Assembly: GCA_016906335.1 (NCBI GenBank)
Contig: JADEYG010000007.1
Span: forward strand, 620,001 to 684,000
DNA: 64,000 nt
Origin: Novakomyces olei
Lineage: Eukaryota
Direction of reading: 5' to 3'
In this document: positions 53,492 through 64,000 of the stretch, one piece after another
Position numbering within the stretch: position 1 is the first letter of the stretch
How the letters are laid out: every line of letters begins with the position of its first letter
The notes under the pieces: model-generated
Databases searched by the model: none
The model's input: only the letters and a program-made list of their open reading frames with translations
What the model was told of the DNA's origin: nothing
Position numbers and translations under genes: made by a program

Positions 53492-56400
53492 CTACCCCCC
53501 TCTCCCAAGTCTGCGCTGGAAATTTTCATGCTTCCATTTAGGCTGTTCCTGATTCCAGACCAGTCCTGCCACAATATCGCAAGGGCTGGCGGCAAAGTTC
53601 CCCTGGAGCCATACCTTTACGGGCATAAATATTTGTAATTTTAAATCCGGCCTAATATCGCTCTCAGCGTAAGCCTTGCCTCCCAGCAGAGATTTCAAGG
53701 TGGACATATTGAAGGCATTCTCTGCAGCATCCGGAGTGATTTCCCCTTCACTCGTCTGTCCGCTCTGTGCGCCAGTCTCATCCTCATCATTGTACCTGGC
53801 AATGGCCCTTTTACGATCGTTGGCCGAGTAAAACTGGATAGCCAGTTCGCGTTTACCTGTGGACCGGAGGAACGTACGCTCAACGGCCAAAGATTTATCC
53901 AACAGCACTCGCCTTTCCAACCCGAAAGCGGGAATGACGACATCGATACTGCGGTCGTTGACGTCAACAACGACTGCGTCAGCTTGCAATCCCTCGTCCG
54001 GACCCATATTGCCTTCTTTGCGACGCGCCTTTTCAATGTACGCTGCCAAGTAGACCAGGGTACTTCGGTCTGAGGCCAGTCGAGAATTCTCTTTGCCAAT
54101 GTTGCATGTTTTGGCCCATTTTTCACACAGAGCACTGGCAAAAGTGGGTGCAGTTCCCTCAATCGCATGCTGCAGCAGCCTGTGCACTACGATATCGGAA
54201 TAGCGACGGATAGGCGAAGTGAAGTGCGTATACCGGTCTACAGAAAGGGCAAAATGCCTCCAGGAGCTTTCGTCTGGGACTGTACCCGTACAGAAATACA
54301 GAGCACGGTTCATTGCTTTGACTGCATTGCTCTGCAGAATTAAAAGAGCTTCATTGTCGTGAATGGCAGCGTTTAACTCTGTGAAACTCTGCTGCAGCGA
54401 ATGCGATGTTGTTGGATCAATATGGACTCCGAGCGATTTAGCGTACTCTACAAACATCTTCATCGGCCGCAGCTTTGGAGGCGGGTGCCGGCGCAGGAGA
54501 GCGAGCTGAGGGAAAGCCTGGCTGATCTTTTCAGCGACGGCAATATTAGCCAGAAGCATAAACTCCTGGACAAGCGAGTTTGTCTCATGCCACTCGTAAA
54601 CGGCCGCCTCAACTGGCCTATTTTGCTCATCCAGCCGGAAACTGAGCTTGAAATTCTGAATGTCCAGTGCCCCATTCTGCCTCCGTTTGTCACGCAATGC
54701 TCTGGATATACTCAGCAGCCGCTCCATACTGGACCGAACGGCTCCTTCATCAACTGCCGCATTGCCACACTCAGATTTGCCAGATTTGCCAGATTTGCCC
54801 TCTGCTTGTTGACCCTTGTTTCCTGTAATAGCCGCCTCTGCCAGGGAGGCTTTGCCATCAAGGAAAGCCTGTGCCTGGCCATAAGAAAACCGCAGGCAGG
54901 GCCGTATAATGCTCCGGCCAAACCATCGCTCACCTACTTCCTCGCCCCGAGCGTTCATGCGCCACGTAACGGAAAATGTTAGCTTTTCTACGCCAGGGTT
55001 GAGGGAGCACAGCTTTTCACACAAAGCTGCCGGCAACATGGGAACAGCTTCCTGCACGAGATAGACAGTATTTGCTCTGCGCTGAGCAATCTTGTCCAGC
55101 GCTGTTCCCTCCCGAACAAAATGCGAGACATCAGCAATGTGAACGCCGACTTCAAAAGTTCCATCCGGTAGCGCTTTGCATGAAACAGCATCGTCCAAGT
55201 CACGCGCAGTCTCTGGATCAATAGTGTATACAATCTCGTTCCGAAAGTCTCGTCTTCCGGCGATGTCCGCCTCTGTTGGCCGCCACGGCAGTTTCGGCAA
55301 CGATTCAAGGGCACTTGAAGGGAAATCAGACGCGTCTATATTGAACTCGCTCAGGATCGCTCGTGTCTGTGTCTCAATGTCTCCCATTGGGCCCAACTGC
55401 TCTCGGATATAAGCACGAGGCCGTCTCTCCGATTCTCGCCAATCAAGGGAAACAGTTGCTGAAAAGAGTGTATCATAATGCTTTTCTATCGCTGCCTTTT
55501 GATCATATACGCGTACGAATCGGCTAAAATCGGAAAGATTGACAGTCATAAAGGGGTATCTGGAGTCTTGAGGAACAAACAGCCCAAACTTTTCCGAAGG
55601 CTGGTCCGGTTTGAACTCGGGCTGCAAATAAGACCATCGGTTCTGCCGTACAAATCCAACAATTTGCTCCACGGGCCGACGTTCTAGTATATGTACCACT
55701 TTGCAAAGGACTCTTGCATCGTCATTATCAGGTGCTTCAGACTGTTCTTCGACAGTCAGATCGCTGTCAGCATAAGGATCACCGCCCTTTGGTTGCCAGT
55801 AACGCGTCCCTCGAACACCGGTTCGTTCAAGCACGACTGTATCGCCCTCAAATGCGCGGTTTCGAGCTCTTTCATCAGGAATTACGAAATCCTCCTCGCA
55901 ACCGTCTACAGTAACAAAGGCTTCCTTGCGTTGTCTGCGGTTGATACGCACAGTACCTGACTGATATTTGCCGCTCTAAAATTGTTAGCACCTTTATAGT
56001 CAAGATTTGTAGGATTTTTATCCAATAAATTTAATTTGGTTTCTTTAATTTGCTCTTTCTCCATTTTTTTTTTTAATGTATTTTTTCTGATCGTTATCTT
56101 CGTCCTCCAAAACTTGCGTTCAATAGTTGAATATACCTTTATCCCTTGAATGGCATTTTTATGCGAAACAAAAGGCTCAAAGAAAGTTGATCTCTGTCCT
56201 ATCGATGACATGTTTTTGCTTGGCTCGTCTTCGGCCACTGGAACCGCTGACAGTGTAAACTTTCTGCAAAAAGAGGCGACTGCCTTTGTATCGGTATCTG
56301 TCCAGTGTGCCTTTATAGTCGCTCTCCGCTTTGCTTTACCTGCATTCAGCACGGAGGCCACTGCTTCATATATGCCTGCGCCCAGTGAGGGCCTTGAAAT

Positions 56401-56529
56401 TTGAGAATTTGGCCGGGGCTTTTCCAAAGCCTCGTATGACACAAAGTTCTCATGTTTGCCTGATTTAGGGTTCGGCACCATCCTTTGCCGAGCTATTTCT
56501 CGGGTTCTTTGTGCCCACCAAACGCGCAT
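53492..56529 (-). CDS. DIS3L2: Dis3L2-like RNB-family 3'-5' exoribonuclease
   Basis: RNRAFEGD, TIDPETARDLDDA active site, EFMLLAN and YTHFTSPIRRY; no PIN domain. Intron 56136-55976; start codon uncertain (56529, 56481 or 56211). Confidence 0.85.
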
Positions 56530-57601
56530 CAAGATACCTTTAAATCTTCATTCGGTAGATTTTATCTTGTCATACATTAATTGAAGTTCAATTCTGCTGT
56601 CTCGATTAATTTTCTATAGACTGATGGATACTGGAAAGTATTAAAACATCAATTATCCTAGTTGTTTTATTTTTATTTGGATTTGGATTTTTATTTTAAT
56701 TATTTAAAGTATTTTATTATTCTATTATTTTTATTTTAATTATATTCTGAGTCTTTTTCGCCGATTGAGCTTACTTTCGGAATGCTATTTATTGCTTCAA
56801 ACTTTGGTTTGCACGCGGCTTATTCATAGCCATGCAAGCTTACTCTGTCACGGCAAATCTAGGTTTATTGCGAAATCATCTATTACTGCGAGACCCCGTT
56901 TGCAACCTTAATATCAAATGCATGCTTGCAAACCACACAATTTAGCTTTTTCCAGGGCCAAATAAACAAGAACACGATCAGAAGCTTTGCTCTTTTCTTG
57001 TTAAATGTGTTACCGTATCAGGTGGATGGATACTCTGATCATGGCAGGCGTATAAGCCTTGTGCAAATATGCATATTAGCACCAGCATCCCAACGCCTTC
57101 TATTCGATATGCCGAGAGACTGTATTACATTGCGCTCACAATAGTCTCGTCTGTTTCAGAGCAAAGGAGTAAAGCTCAGCGTAGCACTTTTCAAGAACTT
57201 TTCCGGTACTATTCTAGAATTTTTCTAGCACCTTTCTAGCATTTTATAATAGTGCCCAAACTCAAAATCCAGTCCTCAACATACTAATCGCAATAAATTA
57301 ATAGCAGATAGATAGATCAGATTAGATAAAGCGTGGCCGAAACGTCGCAATCGAGTAGGGTTAAGCTCTCTTGGATATTTCACGTCTTTATACTGTTATT
57401 TACCCCAATTACACACTATACAATAATGATTATGTGTCTGTTAGGTATATTACGATTAATATACGATCGATTTTCGCCCTTTTAATCAACGGTAATCGGC
57501 GCGCTAATCGCAATCGCAATCGCAACTGCAATCAATACCCAAAACTTTGACCTAAAAACTTTGAGCTCGAATATGAAGCAGCAGTAAACGAGGCATAAAG
57601 T

Positions 57602-58267
57602 ATGACGGCAGACTTGAGCAATTGGAAGGGCGCCCCGCCACCGACACGTCAGGTACATGACGGCAAGTATACGCGCCTGGAACCGATAGACGCGAGTACG
57701 CACGCGGTTTCCCTCTACCGCGAATTCAAAGACAACAATGAATTATGGGACTTTGTGGGGTATGGGCCCTTTGCAGACGAAACAGAGTTTTCGCAGTTTC
57801 TTGCTGCGCAACAGGAGAAGAAAGATCCCCTTTTCTTTGCCGTCGTGGACAAATCCACAGGTGGACCTCTTGGCATGTTGAGCTACCTTAGCATTGCTCC
57901 GGCTGATGGCAGAGTTGAAATTGGACACATTGTACTCGGCCCGAGACTCCAACGTACTCGCATTGCTACTGAGGCTATTTATCTTTTGCTACTGCACGCG
58001 TTTGAACAGGGCTACCGTCGCGTTGAATGGAAATGCAACAATGAAAACAAGCCATCTCGTGCAGCTGCTCTGCGTTTTGGTTTCGAGTTTGAGGGTCTTT
58101 TCAGGCAGCATATGGTGGTAAAGCACAAGAACCGCGATACTGCGTACTTTAGCATTATCGATGCGGAGTGGAAGCCCATCAGACAAGCGTTTCAAGAATG
58201 GTTAGACGAAAGTAATTTCTCAGCCAGCGGGTCACAGAAAACGCGGTTAGCGACTCGACCTCAATAG
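57602..58267 (+). CDS. RimJ/RimL-type GNAT N-acetyltransferase
   Basis: GRVEIGHI, LQRTRIATEAIYL, GYRRVEWKCN, AALRFGFEFEGLFRQHMVVK and NRDTAYFSIID; intronless. Confidence 0.9.
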   Translation: MTADLSNWKGAPPPTRQVHDGKYTRLEPIDASTHAVSLYREFKDNNELWDFVGYGPFADETEFSQFLAAQQEKKDPLFFAVVDKSTGGPLGMLSYLSIAPADGRVEIGHIVLGPRLQRTRIATEAIYLLLLHAFEQGYRRVEWKCNNENKPSRAAALRFGFEFEGLFRQHMVVKHKNRDTAYFSIIDAEWKPIRQAFQEWLDESNFSASGSQKTRLATRPQ

Positions 58268-58398
58268 CGTTAGCACAGAATATACGGCTGGGGATCCAAT
58301 AGAGGTTGAGGGGGGATAGAAAAGATTAATTCATTATCATTGTATATAAACAGCCACCTGAACCACCGGAACGCATTAAAAAAACCAAGACTCCAATA

Positions 58399-59070
58399 CT
58401 AATTAACCTGTACATCGTCTTTTAGCTCAAAGCTAACATTACAGCCACACGTAGACTTGGCGTTAGGATTATCGACGACGCGAAAACTTGACCCAATCAA
58501 TTCTGTTTCATACTCAACTTTCGACCCGTTTGCATACGGCAAGGAGAACGAGTCCATTACGACTCGCGCTCCATCCTTAACAAAAACTGTATCTTCTTGC
58601 GCATCAACATCCGTGGTAATACTAATTCTAAATTGGAACCCGTGGCATCCGCCTGAATCGACCAAAACACGTAATAGCTTTGGAGGTTTCCCTTGTAAAT
58701 TTGCATTCGCTTTGTTCAGTTGCTGTTTTTTATATTAGACTTGAAAGATTCATCATGCAAGACAAAGACATACCTTAACAGCACTGTCGGCGATAACGAT
58801 CGTGAAGGGGTTCCCATTTTTGTCAAACTTTGGATTTATGATCTTTAACTCGTCACTTGGCTGTGACTGCTTGGGAAGGCCGCGTGTAGGAGTATCCAGA
58901 CCAGAAAGATTGGGAGAAAGCGTCGTCTGCTGCTGTGCGGTACTATTGAAACGAGTCTGCAGACTCGAAAACGCTACTCGCGCAAAGCTGCTTCTGCCAA
59001 AGGAAAAAGCACGGCGCGAGGCGGGGCCGGCACAAAAAGAGCACACTGACCTAACCCGAGATCCGAGCAT
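58399..59070 (-). CDS. ISA2: A-type Fe-S cluster assembly protein (Isa2-like)
   Basis: VDSGGCHGFQ and NPNAKSTCGCNVSF; mitochondrial presequence; one intron near 58773-58724. Confidence 0.85.
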
Positions 59071-60072
59071 TATAGTAATTCACTGCAAAATTAGTACCGG
59101 AAAGAAAAACTTTTCACATCTAGCGGGCTGAAAAAGTTGGCCATCAAAAGAGAAAGGAAAAGGCAAAATGGCGGTTAACGCTGATACTGAAGCAGGCTCG
59201 TCACGGCTAATGTTCAGAGACGGTTTCTATGCTGCGGCAGCGATTCAGATACCGTTGTAGTCTTTATTATATGTGCCGTCATGGATGATCCGGCAACAGT
59301 GTAAGATTGTCATCACCAATACTGCCAAGCACACAGCCTAGAAACTCGCCAGCCGGAACAAGCTTAGTGCCCGCGTTAAAGCCGCCTATATAACTTACAT
59401 TTCACCCGTCACAAGACTGTCTCTTTGCCTGAAAGCGCAAAGTTGGTGTCCATGTGTGTCGTATTATTAATGTGCACATTATATTGTACGACAAATGTAC
59501 AACTCTTACGGACGATTAGTGTACATTTCTTTTACTTGGACGTTGTGATGCGTATAACCTGAATCGAATGCAGCATAAATATTTAAAAAAGTATCTTAGA
59601 ACGATGTATATAGTAGAATCTTCAGGAATTATATACAAAAACTGAGATCTTGTTTCTGTCGAAAAGGTAGTTAGTTAGATTTTATCAGATATTCTAGTAC
59701 TACTGCAGCTACTGCTCTGCTAGGCAGAGGTATATTAACCCTAATCCTAATCGGTTCAAGCTTACTTTTAAAAGGTGGTTGTCGTAAAAATAACACTACA
59801 AGAGCGTAGCGTACGAGGTGATATGCATGTATTAGTAGAGGAGAGAATATAGGAGAGGCTCGTGATGGCCGAGGCCGAGGCCGACAGCAGAAAGCCTCTA
59901 CGACTCCTCCCATATATCGCCAAAAAACGCCCGCCAAATTTTAATAGCATTGATAGCCTGTACTCAAATGCTCATCGAGCCTTAACCTAGATATCAAAGA
60001 GCAAGGTTTGAGCGTCTGACACGGGAACAAGAGGTCCACATGTCATTAGACTGTCGTTACGAGGCACCATTA

Positions 60073-60511
60073 TTAGCCCCATGCGAGCTCGTAAGCGATG
60101 ACAATCGTGTTAATAGCTATCAGGGGAACTCATTATTAGTAAGAAGCCAAAGATAGGGGCAGTGTACTTCGCATCAGCGTTCGAACGGCACTGATCAAAT
60201 TGATAATACGGCCCTTGACGGACGACGAATCGATCCCCGGTCCGTACGATGCATCAGGTTTTGTCGACCTACCGTCAACTGTTAATGATGTGTAAGCTTT
60301 GCGCTACTGCATATACCATCCAACTAGAACCAGGTTAGACCATAATTAACACATTAAAAGGGTGCGTTACTCTTTGCTAAAAATCGCTCTTCCGACAGCA
60401 CCGCAATCGCGTTTGTGACTAAAAGTAGCACTGTGGGTGAGCTTTGTATGGCAATTGCGCTCCATGGCGGAATCGTAACGTACCATAAAACAATACGCCG
60501 AGCCCAAACAT
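60073..60511 (-). CDS. YOS1: ER-Golgi transport protein Yos1/IER3IP1 (5 exons; not in ORF track)
   Basis: Spliced MFGLGVLFYVLLLVTNAIAVLSEERFLAKIGWSTKPDASYGPGIDSSSVKGRIINLISAVRTLMRIPLIAINTIVIAYELAWG*. Confidence 0.93.
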
Positions 60512-60551
60512 TGTGGCACCTGTGGTGTATACAGTACTATTGTGAGAGGCA

Positions 60552-60827
60552 TTATTATTTATATTATTTATATTATTTATATTATTTATATTATTTATAT
60601 TATTTAATTTATTTATATTATTTATATTATTTATATTATTTATATTAATTTATATTATTTATATTATTTATATTATTTATATTATTTATATTATTTATAT
60701 TATTTATATTATTTATATTATTTATATTATTTATATTATTTATATTATTTATATTATTTATATTATTTATATTATTTATATTATTTATATTATTTATATT
60801 ATTTATATTATTTATATTATTTATATT
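60552..60827. repeat. (TATTATTTA)n 9-bp tandem repeat, about 30 units
   Basis: Read directly; two small interruptions. Confidence 0.95.
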
Positions 60828-61250
60828 ACGAGACAAGCAAAGAATTAGATCTGGCGCTGGGGACGATAGAGAGAGAACTATCTGGGTTCAAAAAGCAACG
60901 GCAATTCAAAGCACTGAGCTCGATCCCGCAAAGCTGTTTAAAAGCTGACTGATTTTGTCTTCGTCACTGCGCAAGTCTGATCAGAATTTAGCTCATTAAG
61001 GTTGCTTGTCACTTCTGGGAATTGAATTCAGCTACGACGCACTATAAATCACAGATCTGCGAGGCGCGGCTGGTCCAGCAATATTACGGCTTTGATAATA
61101 CTTCCAGCTATTCTGGCAATTTTTTATTACAGTATTTGGGTTCAGGGCTGTCCGGCAAACACTAAAGTCCTCATTTCTTCTTGATCTGTGTCAAGTTGCA
61201 CGTGTCATCGAAAATTTCTAGAGATCTGCGCGTTTTTAAAGCCCAGACTA

Positions 61251-62185
61251 ATGTCTAACGCGCTTTATAAAACTTGTCAAAAGTACACGGCTACCCTTCG
61301 CAAAGACTTGGAGCGTCTCGATGGATTATTAAAGTCGGGAGGCGTGGGCGGCACGTCAACAGATGCCGACGTAAACTCGGCTTCTACGATTCCGGATACC
61401 TCACAACTCACGTCTATCCAAGGTATTGTCTATTATTTGATCTGCTCTTTTCTCTACAATTTAGCTTTTACCGTGTTTTTATTCCCCTTTGTTTTCAGAG
61501 CGTCAGACTTGTTTGTTTTCATATTTCAAGATTTCTAACCTTCCAAGGCCAAATTACAGCTTCGCTAACCAGCTTGGAGCGGCGAATAAATGACTATGCA
61601 TCTCTGTCTGCACGAGACCAAGACCCCAAAAACTTGGAGAGATCCAAAAGCCGTCATGCTGATCTTTCAAGGCAGTATGAAGAGTTACGTAATGGTTTTC
61701 GCGCAATCAAAGTTCGAATTGACGAGGCAAGGCATTTAGAATCACGGTCCAGTCTTCTAAATGGCAGCAGCCAACAACGGAATCAGATGGGCCGTCGTAA
61801 TGCCTATTCTGAACGAGAGCGGACGAGTGACTTACCTCCAGAGTTAATGGGCTCAAACAGCGTCGGTAATGGGCCAAGTACATGGTCTAATCTTTCTCGA
61901 CAAGATGGTGCTTTAAGAGAGAACTCTTTCCTTGACTATGCTGATGTGCAAATCGATGATATACTGGCACGTGGCCGTGAGGCTCTCGGTGATCTTATAG
62001 ACCAGCGCAATATGTTAAAGGGCACACAGCGGACTTTACTACGTGCTGCTAACCAGCTTGGTGTGTCTCGAGATACCATAAAGTATATTGAGAGGAGAGC
62101 AAAGCAAGACAAATGGATCTTTTATGCTGGCGCATTTGTGACGTTTTTAGTTTTTTACCTGATTGTTCGTTACATCGGGCGGTAG
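61251..62185 (+). CDS. BOS1: ER-Golgi Qb-SNARE Bos1/membrin
   Basis: MSNALYK start, QGQITASL, LIDQRNMLKGTQR, LGVSRDTIKYIERRAKQDKWIF and a C-terminal TM; intron 61423-61547. Confidence 0.92.
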
Positions 62186-62802
62186 AACGGGTGTTTACAT
62201 GATTTGCGCATGAATAATGATCTTGTTAATATAATATAAAGTTATATTGGTAAAATCTTTATGGATACCTGTTTCTACGTCCTACCTACGCTGCTGAGCA
62301 AGGGACACTGCTTTGTCTATACACTCTGATACTGGTCGATCAGTGCCAGCTAATGTTTAAAGCGGGATTTCCGAGGTACAGCGGGTCTTCTACTTGAAGG
62401 GGGTAGACTACGGCCACTGGATGGAGCTTACTTCCAAAGTATACGAGAACAAAACTGCTTCTTATCCCGGTAAGATATGTCAAAGGTTTACAAAATCAAT
62501 TTAATAATATTCCTATGCTGTCTCGTAGAGGACCGAGTAGGTAATCATAAGATTCCTTTTGCCCGATCTCCATAATGAGATATGTAAAACACACAACGAA
62601 AACAAACAACGTAACACGATGAAATTGCCAAAAAAAAAAAAAAAAAAAAAAAAAAGATATAAACCACGCCGGTGTAGCTGTACGGACAGAATGTACACTC
62701 GCAAAAGTTGATGAGAAAAAAGATAATCCGGAGATCAGAGTCCTGCCATAGCGACGAAGGGTCGAAATGAAGGAGTTAAGAGCTGCCATGGAACCATGGC
62801 GT

Positions 62803-63627
62803 CTAGTCTTCGTCCTTCTTGCCTTCATCGTCTTTGCTATCGTCACCGCCACCAGAGCTAGCGCAAGCAATGTATCTGATCATTAGTATGAGGGCAATTT
62901 AGAATGACTAATTAACTATTACACAAAATTAAATTGAAACAAAATTAATAAATAAGCCTGGCCCTTAAATGCGTGATCTCCCACGTATAATGATGAAGCG
63001 TGAGGCAAATACCAAACAAGTTCTCACCGCGATGGAAGACAAAAACAAATCAAGATTGAAAAGTACCTTATTCCAGCATGAGCGCCCAAGACAAACAAAG
63101 CAACGAGGCCAGTATTGCCTACAAATCCCCAAGAGATCCGATTGGCTCTGATCCCCTTGCCAAACGCCAGTGCCAGCCCTGTCAGACAAAGAGCATCGAA
63201 CGCCAGCGTGACAGAAGTCGCAGGGTCCTTGAGAGCATTGTCGATAGATTCACCAACAGACATAGTTTTACCGACCAGAGCACTAAAGTAAGATTTTACA
63301 CGTCCCGTAAAAGTGCGTGGTTTGTGTTCGTCAGGATGAGGTTCTTGTTGAGGACGAATAGGCGTGTGCTGTGTACGGAAAACGTCCTTTTCCGTAAAGT
63401 CACGTGGTACCACGTTCACGTGAGACGGCGCGTCAGCGGGAAAAGAAGTAGGTTCACTGTCCGGCTGATCCGACTGAATCTCGGGAACAGGAGCAGCTGC
63501 TTTCTCCTCTGGAGTCTGTTCGGAATTGTGTTTTGCTATCTCTGCGTACCTACAGTGTTAAGCGAGGTCGAGCAAAGATCGATTGGGTGCAAGGGAACTT
63601 TATCTTGCGATGGCAAACTTACGACAT
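62803..63627 (-). CDS. Mitochondrial outer membrane protein, OM14-like (3 exons)
   Basis: Spliced MS|YAEIAKHNSEQTPEEKAAAPVPEI...VNVVPRDF..., two hydrophobic segments, then GIR|YIACASSGGGDDSKDDEGKKDED*. Introns ~63622-63550 and 63066-62876. Family recognised from memory. Confidence 0.68.
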
Positions 63628-64000
63628 TGTGTGCGGTATTTAAACACCGTCTGCAGCAATTAAAAGGCGGGACTTTAAGTCGGCTGAGTGAAGGTAATTC
63701 AAGGATCGCTGTACCGTATTATCGTTTGCTTAATGTGCGCCAAAATTTGCAAGAGGCGGACACTAGAATCAATACCAGGCAGTTTAGGTAATAACCAAGA
63801 TTTCTGTTTGGATACGGTATTGTCGCACGAGTACTCAGCCGGCTATAATCCCACTATGACCTCACACCTGATCTTGGTTACTACCTCTTTTGAGTCACGT
63901 GCATCCAGGTCAGGGTTTTCCGGTTTTCTCAATCGGTCAGGGTTTTCTATGGAAACTGTAACTCTTGGGTCGGTCATGTGTGTGACTGCCCTGGATATTA

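Noticed and set aside
62416..62432. ACTGGATGGAGCTTACT, resembling the RNase MRP CR-V motif
   Set aside because: There is no upstream GAAAGTC(T/C)CC partner to form helix P4.
62496..62870. 124-aa minus-strand ORF as a separate gene
   Set aside because: It overlaps, out of frame, the last exon and 3' UTR of the OM14-like gene and runs through a homopolymer.

Overview
This is gene-dense eukaryotic (fungal) chromosomal DNA with many short spliceosomal introns (GT...CTAAY...AG, mostly 40-200 nt). The proteins, especially Hsp10 and Yos1, resemble fission-yeast orthologues as I recall them. However, the window also carries an Ndt80-family factor and a probable complex I accessory subunit, which suggests a non-Schizosaccharomyces Taphrinomycotina-like fungus (inference). 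About 34 protein-coding genes are supported, mostly housekeeping. Four small multi-exon genes (MIC10, a NUUM-like complex I subunit, HSP10, YOS1) are absent from the ORF track and were reconstructed by manual splicing; several others were completed the same way. Intergenic DNA and introns contain many expanded A/T microsatellites. The points most worth checking are: a TTAGGG-containing minisatellite and telomere boxes bracketing an intronless DEDDh exonuclease gene; a self-complementary intergenic element with a TAACCCTAA template-like motif (a weak telomerase RNA candidate); a bacterial-type intronless GNAT gene; an outsized structured transketolase intron; and a 7-nt microexon plus a GAG acceptor in YOS1. 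No transposon, rRNA, tRNA or CRISPR array was recognised. All assignments come from motif recognition only; no searches were run.
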